Position numbers and translations under genes: made by a program. From the NCBI RefSeq assembly GCF_014280195.1, contig NZ_CP047960.1, positions 720,001-752,000 on the forward strand: a DNA stretch of 32,000 bases, given 5' to 3'. The notes beneath the pieces were generated by a model, which was not told the origin of the DNA, did not search any database, and saw only the letters and a list, made by a program, of their open reading frames with translations. Origin of the DNA: Synechococcus sp. A15-24. GTDB lineage: Bacteria; Cyanobacteriota; Cyanobacteriia; PCC-6307; Cyanobiaceae. This document shows positions 8,661-15,206 of this stretch, piece by piece. How positions within the stretch are numbered: the first letter of the stretch is position 1; the number at the start of each line of letters is the position of its first letter.

Positions 8661-9160
8661 CCGAAGAGATCTCGCCAGAGCTGTTCCTGGGCGCTGGCCT
8701 CCGCACACCCTTCCGAGGGAAAGCCCTTGAGGAAATCCTTGTCGTCCGTGGGTTGATAGGGCCCTTGCTTGAGCTCGAACATCACCGTGTCGGGTTCTAG
8801 GGCCACCAGGGTGTGGAACTGGTTGTCCGCTAATTCGATGCCCCGCAGAGTCCCTGTGGCCTCCAGCCGTTCCTGCTGGAGGATTGTTCCGTCATGGTCC
8901 ATCACCAGCAGGCCGATCGCCCCCTGCAGCAACAGGAAGCATTCGAATCCAGTTCCGGGTTGATCGCGGACGTGCCGGTGGGGTCGCACGTAGGTGCCCG
9001 GTTGGAGCACGTTCAGAAACCGCTGCACCAGATCGCTTTCTTGGTGAAGGTTGTGGTTCTTGCGCAGTCGTGGGTGCTGCCGAGCCACCCCTGCCACCTG
9101 ATCGAACAGGGCTTGATCCACCCGCTTCAGCTGCACGTGGGTGTGAGCGTTGTTGGTCAC
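8657..9160 (-). CDS. Cupin-fold metalloprotein, WbuC-like
   Basis: GTG (complement of 9158-9160) is preceded by GGAG and overlaps the upstream stop as GTGA. The 167-aa product carries HPRLRKNHNLHQESDLVQRFLNVLQPGTYVRPHRH...FECFLLLQG...FHTLVALEPDTVMFELKQGPY. This His-rich cupin pattern looks like the WbuC family (recognised from memory). Confidence 0.6.
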   Translation of the reverse strand: MTNNAHTHVQLKRVDQALFDQVAGVARQHPRLRKNHNLHQESDLVQRFLNVLQPGTYVRPHRHVRDQPGTGFECFLLLQGAIGLLVMDHDGTILQQERLEATGTLRGIELADNQFHTLVALEPDTVMFELKQGPYQPTDDKDFLKGFPSEGCAEASAQEQLWRDLFG

Positions 9161-9393
9161 GGTTGGAGGTCTCCGGAGCGGTAGGCCGCTGGCACGATCA
9201 CCAGAAACAGCAGCCACCAGGCTGAAACGGCCACGCCGATGGGGATGCAGATCCACAGACGTCCTGGCCACCAAAAGGACAAGCCGATCACCGCACAGCC
9301 GGTGCTGATGATCGACCAGGGCTGGCACCACCAGGGCTTGAGCGACCAGAACGGCGGCTGGTCAGCGGAGGGTTTCGAGCTCACCGGAGGCAT
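9157..9393 (-). CDS. Trp-rich small membrane protein (78 aa), hypothetical
   Basis: MPPVSSKPSADQPPFWSLKPWWCQPWSIISTGCAVIGLSFWWPGRLWICIPIGVAVSAWWLLFLVIVPAAYRSGDLQP. It has two TM helices and 10 Trp. The ATG at 9393 overlaps the last 32 nt of the upstream gene, and its TGA overlaps the GTG of the cupin gene. Confidence 0.55.
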   Translation of the reverse strand: MPPVSSKPSADQPPFWSLKPWWCQPWSIISTGCAVIGLSFWWPGRLWICIPIGVAVSAWWLLFLVIVPAAYRSGDLQP

Positions 9394-9970
9394 GCAGGGC
9401 TGTGAGGTCGTCGTAGCCGCCGATCGCCGTTCCGTCGATGAACACTTGAGGGAAGGTGCGCATGCCGCTGCGGGTCTGGCAGGCCTCGAAGTCGGCGTCG
9501 TTGTTGACGGTGATCACGGTGTGGGGCAATGCCATGCCGCGCAGTAGTCGGAGTGCGCGGGCGCACCAGGGGCATCCCGGGAGCACTGCGATTTCAAGCC
9601 GTGGGGCAGGCGCGTTCGCGTTGGATTCGGCTGGGGCAGGGGTCTGATCCAGCACGCCCACCAACAGGTGAACGCCTTTCTGCACCAGCGTTCCGGGCTC
9701 GAGGTGGCCCCCCCACACCTGGCAAGCTCCATCGGAGAGGCTCAGATGGAGGTGCACTCCCTCCGGCCCGATCGTGCCATTCAGGGTGATCACCTCGAGG
9801 TCGCCCTCCAGGACGGTGGGCTCTGGCTGCCCGGGGCACTGGAAAGCAGCACGGCTGAGATTGCCGACCACACCGAGCACAAAACCGTGAATGCCCTGCG
9901 TCCGGCCGAGCTCCTCAAGGCTATTGCGCAGATCGCTGCCTGGAGCAAGCTTCAGCGGCAGAGGGCGCAT
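9362..9970 (-). CDS. PPC (DUF296) domain - glutaredoxin fusion protein
   Basis: ATG (complement of 9968-9970). The N-terminal half, MRPLPLKLAPGSDLRNSLEEL...GFVLGVVGNLSRAAF...LEVITLNGTI...HLHLSLSDGACQVWGGHLEPG, is a PPC/DUF296 pattern. The C-terminal half, IAVLPGCPWCARALRLL...FPQVFIDGTAIGGYDDLTAL, is a classical glutaredoxin with a CPWC active site. Confidence 0.8.
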   Translation of the reverse strand: MRPLPLKLAPGSDLRNSLEELGRTQGIHGFVLGVVGNLSRAAFQCPGQPEPTVLEGDLEVITLNGTIGPEGVHLHLSLSDGACQVWGGHLEPGTLVQKGVHLLVGVLDQTPAPAESNANAPAPRLEIAVLPGCPWCARALRLLRGMALPHTVITVNNDADFEACQTRSGMRTFPQVFIDGTAIGGYDDLTALHASGELETLR

Positions 9971-10030
9971 GGTTTCGGTGAAACGTGGGGTCACCTTACG
10001 TGGGATGGCTCGGACATCACAAAGATCATG

Positions 10031-10077
10031 CTTGGTGGAATATAGTTTTAATATGTTCACTATTTGGTGAATTTATC
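10031..10077. promoter_or_regulatory. AT-rich divergent promoter region with a short inverted repeat (ATAGT-N12-ACTAT, 10042-10063)
   Basis: This is the only strongly AT-rich intergenic stretch nearby: TGGAATATAGTTTTAATATGTTCACTATTTGGTGAATTTATC. It contains TATAGT and TAATAT -10-like hexamers. It lies between the PPC-Grx operon and the RHH gene, so it is a plausible RHH operator. Confidence 0.3.
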
Positions 10078-10314
10078 GTGCCACTTCTTCAGGATCTGGT
10101 TCAGGAGCTGCAACAACGGCTTGAAGGGCAGGCTCCGGCGCCCAGCAGTGCTGCCGTGGCTGATGCGTCCAGCTCCGAGCGCATCAACGTCACTCTGCCT
10201 CGCGGTGTCATGGATGAACTCAAACGCCATGCCCTGGAGGAAGGCCGTAGTTGCGGCAATCTGGCGGCCTACTTGGTGGAGGATGCTTTGCGCCGCCATC
10301 GCCCGCTGCATTAA
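10078..10314 (+). CDS. Ribbon-helix-helix (CopG/Arc/MetJ-like) DNA-binding protein
   Basis: GTG 10078 is the first canonical start outside the opposite-strand gene. The C-terminal RINVTLPRGVMDELKRHALEEGRSCGNLAAYLVEDALRR has the beta-strand/helix/helix pattern of RHH proteins. It is preceded by a roughly 35-aa low-complexity N-terminus. Confidence 0.65.
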   Translation: MPLLQDLVQELQQRLEGQAPAPSSAAVADASSSERINVTLPRGVMDELKRHALEEGRSCGNLAAYLVEDALRRHRPLH

Positions 10315-11380
10315 TCAAGCAGTCGTTTCGAGATGGTTTTTACCTCTCCACTGCTTTGCAGCCTGAGGATAGAGATGTTCAACGGTGTCCTCAATGGATC
10401 GCCAGTTCTGAAGGCAAAGCCGTAGGTCTGTTCCGCCAGGGTGAATGGAGCCAGTAGCACCGCCAGTTCCGGGTTGTTCTTGAGGTGAAAACGGATTGCC
10501 GGTCGATCGAAGATCACCGCTTCCGCTCTGTTCATCAATACATGGTCAATCGCTGCTGCGAGGGTCTGCGCTGGCACGATCCGCATGTTCCGCTGCTTCG
10601 CCAGTTCCGCTCCGCTCGTGCCCTCCAGCACTGCAGCTCGCTGGCCAAGGAGCTGGGCTGGATCCGTGATGCTGTTGTTCGTGTCGCCTGAAAGAAACAG
10701 GGTGAAGGCGGACGCCAGGCTGGCCGTTAAGGAGGACATCGCGATCAACGAGGTGACCATCCAGAAAGCAGTGAGGCCTCGCCCAATCCGGGTGATGGGG
10801 GCCTTGTCGCCATAGCCCACAGGGTCAGCGTCACGAGGGCGAACCACATCCCGCTTGCGATGCCGGGTAGAGGCTGCGCAGGAAACTGTTCGCTGTTGCC
10901 ACGCCGCTCCGCCAACCAGATCAGGCTGCCTACTACAAGCAGCACAGTGATCAGCACGAGCACCGACGACAGCACGGCCCATCCCAGAAACACCTGCAAT
11001 CGATTCAGCAGGGTCTTGGGCTTCAGGGGCAAAAGAATGCCTTCTTTGCCGATGAAATAGGGCTGGGTGAAATCGACCCCTGGAAGGTTGAGACGATCGG
11101 GTGTGACGCTGATCGGCCCCACCAGCAGATCAATCTCTCCGTCGTTCAAGGCAAGAATCCCCTTTTGAGGTGTTGCTTGTTGAATCAGCCGATAGGAGAG
11201 GTTGTTGTCTTCAGCAATCCTTCTCCACACCTGGAGGCTGATTCCGCTGCTGCCTCCCTCCTCCTGGATCACAAAAGGGGCGCTACCGCTGACGCCCACC
11301 TTGAGCGTCCGTGCCATCAGCGGTGGAAGCAGAAACTGCAGGCCCAGCAGCAGGCCGACTGCAACGGCAGACCGCTTCAC
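10311..11380 (-). pseudogene. GluR0-like glutamate-receptor-type K+ channel (SBP lobe 1 - TM - pore - TM - SBP lobe 2), frame-shifted at the selectivity filter
   Basis: Track ORFs 10745..11380 and 10311..10982 are two frames of one gene. The first frame gives a signal peptide (VKRSAVAVGLLLGLQFLLPPLMA), SBP-like lobe 1, a TM helix, and MWFALVTLT. The second frame gives VGYGDKAPITRIGRGLTAFWMVTSLIAM, a TM helix and SBP lobe 2. The frame change is at about 10820-10824, where only CT remains of the expected Thr codon. The span is 1070 nt (2 mod 3). Confidence 0.8.
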
Positions 11381-11457
11381 CGCTGTTCCAGTTGCTTCAC
11401 GATGACGGACATCGCGACCAGGGAACCAGCCAGAGCAATCAGGAGGGCAATGGTCAT
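11377..11457 (-). CDS. Candidate 26-aa hydrophobic micro-protein upstream of the channel gene
   Basis: ATGACCATTGCCCTCCTGATTGCTCTGGCTGGTTCCCTGGTCGCGATGTCCGTCATCGTGAAGCAACTGGAACAGCGGTGA encodes MTIALLIALAGSLVAMSVIVKQLEQR. Its TGA overlaps the GTG start of the channel gene (GTGA). Its ATG lies 7 nt after the stop of the preceding 66-aa ORF. Confidence 0.25.
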   Translation of the reverse strand: MTIALLIALAGSLVAMSVIVKQLEQR

Positions 11458-11464
11458 TGGTGGC

Positions 11465-11665
11465 TCAGGTCGCAGCAGGGACCGCCAGATTGGCATCGAT
11501 GGCCCCTAACAACCACTCAGCGACTTCCATTCTCAAGGCGTAGGCGCACTCGTAACGCCCTTGCTGTTCGAGTGACGCAAGCCTGCGCTCAAGCCAGCGC
11601 AGGGTCTCGACCGGAAGCTGGTTTGGACGCATCGAGCGCGCCACAATGCTGTGTCTAAGGATCAT
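11465..11665 (-). CDS. Candidate 66-aa hypothetical protein
   Basis: This is the 3' part of track ORF 11465..12124. ATG (complement of 11663-11665) gives MILRHSIVARSMRPNQLPVETLRWLERRLASLEQQGRYECAYALRMEVAEWLLGAIDANLAVPAAT. The rest of the long track ORF is antisense to pdeM. An alternative start is the Met of MRPNQ. Confidence 0.35.
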   Translation of the reverse strand: MILRHSIVARSMRPNQLPVETLRWLERRLASLEQQGRYECAYALRMEVAEWLLGAIDANLAVPAAT

Positions 11666-11731
11666 CACAGTGATGCACGGACAGGCACCTGCGATGCAGT
11701 CAGGGCTACAAAACCTCAGTGTGTCCTGCCG

Positions 11732-12406
11732 ATGAAGGGGCAGGAGTGGGTTTGGAGATGTGAGTCCCTGCGGTTTCTGGAGGAGCGTGCTCTCTGGCGG
11801 GAGCACGGTCGCCAGTTGATGGTGGCGGATCTGCACCTGGGCAAGGCCGAGGTGTTCCAGGCCCATGGCATCCCCTTGCCGACGGACGGCGACCGCGGAA
11901 CGTTGAATCCGTTGCTTCAGCTCTGTCATGCCTGGGCTCCTGAACAGCTCATCGTTCTCGGTGATCTGATTCATGCCCGTGAGGGGCTGACGCCCGAGCT
12001 CCGAGAGACCCTGCGTTCGCTGCCGGATCTCTGCGGTTGTGAGGTGCTGCTGATCGGCGGCAACCACGACCGCCACTGCTGGATCGAAGGCTTGCCGCAG
12101 CTCCCCTCCCAGTGCGTCGGCCAACTTTGGTTAAGCCATGCTCCAGAAACTCCCCCCGCTGCGGATCAGCTCAACGTGTGCGGGCATTTGCATCCCATGA
12201 CCCGCCTGCGCAGCCGGGCCGATCGCCTGCGTCTCCCCTGCTTTGCCTTTGATCCCGAAGGACCCCGCCTGGTGATTCCAGCCTTCGGGCAGTTGACGGG
12301 AGGCCATGACTGCGGCGAGCGTTACCAGCAATGGCTAGTGGCCGACGGAGCCATCCTTCCTTGGTTCGAACCACTCCGCAACAACCAGGGGCGACGGTCC
12401 GCATGA
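11732..12406 (+). CDS. pdeM: Ligase-associated DNA damage response endonuclease PdeM-like metallophosphoesterase
   Basis: Internal ATG 11732. LMVADLHLGKAEVFQAHGIPLP...LIVLGDLIHA...VLLIGGNHDR...VCGHLHP...RLPCFAFD...LVIPAFGQLTGG reproduces the conserved PdeM blocks (TIGR04123-type, from memory). The product is 224 aa. Confidence 0.8.
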   Translation: MKGQEWVWRCESLRFLEERALWREHGRQLMVADLHLGKAEVFQAHGIPLPTDGDRGTLNPLLQLCHAWAPEQLIVLGDLIHAREGLTPELRETLRSLPDLCGCEVLLIGGNHDRHCWIEGLPQLPSQCVGQLWLSHAPETPPAADQLNVCGHLHPMTRLRSRADRLRLPCFAFDPEGPRLVIPAFGQLTGGHDCGERYQQWLVADGAILPWFEPLRNNQGRRSA

Positions 12407-13884
12407 AGGACCAGACCAAGGCCGGCCAGGAACGGAAACGCATTCGTCTGCGCAAACGCTGGTTGGTTCTGGCCTCTCCTTTCGTTGTGTTGGGTGGATT
12501 GATTGCCTTGGCCCCCGATGCGCCGCAGCAGGAGCAGGTTGCTGAGACATCGCTGATCGAGCAGGAGTCCCGCAGGGATGGTGAACCGTTTCATTACATT
12601 CCCGACGATGAGGTGTATGCCCTGGATCTCGATCCAAGGCGTGTTCGCTTCGGACTGTTGGAGGGGTGGGACCGGGAGCAGGATGCTTTTGAGGACATCG
12701 CAGCTCTGGCTTACGTGTCCGGGCCGATGTACGAGCGCCATGTCGACAACGGTGGACGCGAGATCACTGTCCCGCTGGGGGACCTGAAGTTCGGTTCCCG
12801 CGTTTGGAAAGCGCGCAACCGCACGGCCTCACGCCAACGGGCTTTCATCGGCATCCGTCACAACGGCGGCGTTGATTTCAGTTACGGCGAGCTGACCGAC
12901 GCCCACATCCGCACCTACGACACCTTTATCGGTGGCTTGCACAGCCTCTACAACGACCTCGAGGACCCCCCGGAGAGCTACAAGGGGGCTTACAGCATCA
13001 GCATGGGGCAGCGGATCCGCTACTACCTGCCTCGGATTCGCATGGTGATGGGTCTGCGCGAGGACGGTCATCTGGAGGTGCTGATGAGCCGTGATGGCCT
13101 CACCCTCGAGCAGAGCAAGGACCTGGCCAGACGTCGCGGCTACCTGGCGGCCTACATGCCGGACCATGCCTCCAAGAGCCGCTTCATCATTCCCGGCGTC
13201 AAGGGGTTCACAGAAGAAGATGCCAACTGGATCAGCGGTGGTGCGACGAGTTTTGTTCATGTCCCTTACATGCTGCGGCTCAGTAACCGTCAGACTCCGC
13301 TGCGGGGTGATCTGATCGCGGACTTCAGCCCAAGGCTGACCGGGGATGAGTCCTGTGCTGGAGGGATGGATTGCCTGCAGGCCTTCGGTAACCACATGGC
13401 CGATCGAGCCCTGGCAGGACTGAATCGCGTGATAGAGCAGGGGGTGGAACCCATTGCACGAATGATCTGGGCACCCAGCAATCCGATAAAGCCGGATGTC
13501 GAACAGGTGCCTGATCCGGCATCGGATTTGGATCGCTCCCCCTTGCGTGAACCCCCGATCACCGCTGACCCCCTCGTGCTGTTGGAACCCCCTTCGCGTG
13601 TGGAGTTGGAGCGTGAACCACCGAGCCAGGATCTTGATGAAGACGAGGTTGAGGCCTTCGCACCGCAGGTGCCGCTGCCGCCGGATCTGCCTCCTCCGGT
13701 TCTGTTGGACATTCCCAGCCTGGATGCACCACTGCTGCCGGAGCTGGAGTCAGATATCGGAAGAGATGACGTGCTGGATAAGGAGATGGTGCTGGATCAG
13801 CGCGACGGTGTTGAAGGAGCGCCGCCTCCACCTGAACTCCCCCCCCTCGATCCACCAGCGTTGCCGGTCGACAGTTTCAATTAA
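12403..13884 (+). CDS. Membrane-anchored protein with a possible phosphodiester-glycosidase (DUF2233)-like domain and an acidic Pro-rich tail
   Basis: ATG 12403 overlaps the pdeM stop (ATGA). The N-terminus is basic with one TM helix (KRIRLRKRWLVLASPFVVLGGLIAL). The central region (RQRAFIGIRHNGGVDF, RIRMVMGLREDGHLEVLMSRDGLTLEQSKDLARRRGY) loosely resembles DUF2233. The last roughly 120 aa are Pro/Asp/Glu/Leu-rich (PPDLPPPVLLDIPSLDAPLLPELESD...PPPPELPPLDPPALP). Confidence 0.65.
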   Translation: MKDQTKAGQERKRIRLRKRWLVLASPFVVLGGLIALAPDAPQQEQVAETSLIEQESRRDGEPFHYIPDDEVYALDLDPRRVRFGLLEGWDREQDAFEDIAALAYVSGPMYERHVDNGGREITVPLGDLKFGSRVWKARNRTASRQRAFIGIRHNGGVDFSYGELTDAHIRTYDTFIGGLHSLYNDLEDPPESYKGAYSISMGQRIRYYLPRIRMVMGLREDGHLEVLMSRDGLTLEQSKDLARRRGYLAAYMPDHASKSRFIIPGVKGFTEEDANWISGGATSFVHVPYMLRLSNRQTPLRGDLIADFSPRLTGDESCAGGMDCLQAFGNHMADRALAGLNRVIEQGVEPIARMIWAPSNPIKPDVEQVPDPASDLDRSPLREPPITADPLVLLEPPSRVELEREPPSQDLDEDEVEAFAPQVPLPPDLPPPVLLDIPSLDAPLLPELESDIGRDDVLDKEMVLDQRDGVEGAPPPPELPPLDPPALPVDSFN

Positions 13885-14177
13885 CAGGGCAGTTCTGCGG
13901 ACAGGGTGTCAGCGCCGGAACACGCCGTTGCAGTTGCCGGGGCCGGTTTTACAAAGCAGTGACCCTCTGGAGACCAGTAGCCCAGAGCAGGCAACGCCAG
14001 GCCCTGTGCCCGGGCTTTGGCATTCACGTCGTCAACACCGCGCCCTTGCACCAGGACGTTGTTTTTGCCATCCACCAGGTCGAGGAAATCGTTCACTTTG
14101 GTTTCCTGGCCTGGGTTGGCCATGGCTTGAGCAGGCAGCAGGGCCGCCACGGTGGCGATCAGGAGGGAGCGAAACAC
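13881..14177 (-). CDS. Small secreted hypothetical protein (98 aa)
   Basis: GTG start lies 19 nt after the L,D-transpeptidase stop. The signal peptide is MFRSLLIATVAALLPAQA. The mature part has three Cys, ends in ...SAELPC, and has good G/C third-position bias. Confidence 0.6.
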   Translation of the reverse strand: MFRSLLIATVAALLPAQAMANPGQETKVNDFLDLVDGKNNVLVQGRGVDDVNAKARAQGLALPALGYWSPEGHCFVKPAPATATACSGADTLSAELPC

Positions 14178-14196
14178 GGGTGTGGTGATGGAGGAA

Positions 14197-14508
14197 TCAG
14201 TTTTTGGTGACGACGACCGGGGTACCCACCTTGATGCGGTTGTACACCTGGATCACATCGTTGTTGAGCATCCGGATGCAGCCGAGCCTGACGGCAGCAC
14301 GCAGTTTCACCCAGTTGGGCCATGCCGTGCCGTGGATGGCGTATTCACCGGTTCCAATCTGCACATAAGCCACATAGCGCACGCCAACGGGGTTGTTGGG
14401 GCCAGGGGCAATAACTTTCCCCTTCTTGTGATACACCGGCTGAGGGTCCATTTTGGTCACCGCATAGGTGCCCGCAGGCGTGAGAGATTCCGGTGCTCCG
14501 ATGGCCAC
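14197..14508 (-). CDS. L,D-transpeptidase (YkuD/ErfK) catalytic domain protein, N-terminally short or truncated
   Basis: PVAIGAPESLTPAGTYAV...PGPNNPVGVRYVAY...YAIHGT...RLGCIRMLNNDVIQVYNRIKVGTPVVV carries the HG(T) and S/x-GC-(I/V)-RM motifs of YkuD domains. The ORF opens only at GTG 14508, because its frame is closed by TGA at 14581-14583. It has no signal peptide. Confidence 0.78.
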   Translation of the reverse strand: MAIGAPESLTPAGTYAVTKMDPQPVYHKKGKVIAPGPNNPVGVRYVAYVQIGTGEYAIHGTAWPNWVKLRAAVRLGCIRMLNNDVIQVYNRIKVGTPVVVTKN

Positions 14509-14701
14509 CGGTACCGCAGAAGTAGTGAAGGTCTCCGAACAAGACCATGAGATCAGCCTCCGGGGTCCCTTCGGCGGTGTTCACAACCTCGATGTGCGTC
14601 ACAGCATCGACGGTGACCCGGTGGAACAGCTCAGCGTTGGCGATTTCGTGGAGTTCCTGATGATCAAGCCAGTCGCCATCGCCATCCGCAAGGCCAACTG
14701 A

Positions 14702-15175
14702 TCAGCTCTCCTGGTGGGAGGCGAGGGCCCGCACCACGTCTCCCCTGGTGATCACACCTGCCGGCTTCCCCTCACCATCGAGCACAAACAACCGTTGTGT
14801 GCCCCGTTCATGCAGCTGTGAGGCTGCCTTGGGCAAGCCAAGCTCCATGCTGCAGGTGTGGGTGTCCTTCCGCATCAGGTCCTTCACCGTGGTGCCGAGC
14901 ACCTGGTGCACCTGCTTGTCCCAGTTGAGCGGATTGCGCAGGTAGATCACGCTGTCCAGCAGCATCACGTAAGGGCCGGCATCCACCCCGCTCTCGCGCA
15001 CCATCAGATCCTGCTCACTCAGCTCTCCTATCAGGACACCGGTGTCATCCACGACCGGCAGTCCGCTGATGTGGTGATCACTGATCAGTTGTACGGCCTG
15101 CTGCAGAGGGGTGTCGGGGGTGACGCTCAACACGGGCTGGGTCATCACATCAGCCACCGTCAGCTGCAGGACCAT
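14702..15175 (-). CDS. CBS-pair domain protein
   Basis: The 157-aa product has two CBS motifs: VADVMTQPVLSVTPDTPLQQAVQLISDHHISGLPVVDDTGVLIGELSEQDL and VKDLMRKDTHTCSMELGLPKAASQLHERGTQRLFVLDGEGKPAGVITRGDVV. Confidence 0.9.
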   Translation of the reverse strand: MVLQLTVADVMTQPVLSVTPDTPLQQAVQLISDHHISGLPVVDDTGVLIGELSEQDLMVRESGVDAGPYVMLLDSVIYLRNPLNWDKQVHQVLGTTVKDLMRKDTHTCSMELGLPKAASQLHERGTQRLFVLDGEGKPAGVITRGDVVRALASHQES

Positions 15176-15206
15176 GATTTGAAGTCAGCTGATTGCATTC
15201 TGCGCG

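Noticed and set aside
11666-12124. 5' two thirds of the 219-aa minus-strand ORF 11465..12124
   Set aside because: It is antisense to pdeM, which has unmistakable conserved blocks. Only the last 201 nt (11465..11665), which lie outside pdeM, are kept as a low-confidence small ORF.
14699-14704. The CBS gene's TGA is followed by 119 more sense codons in the same frame, raising the possibility of read-through or a fusion with downstream sequence
   Set aside because: Frame coincidence has a one-in-three chance. The CBS protein is complete at 157 aa, and I see no recoding signal. The downstream signal is treated under the L,D-transpeptidase finding instead.
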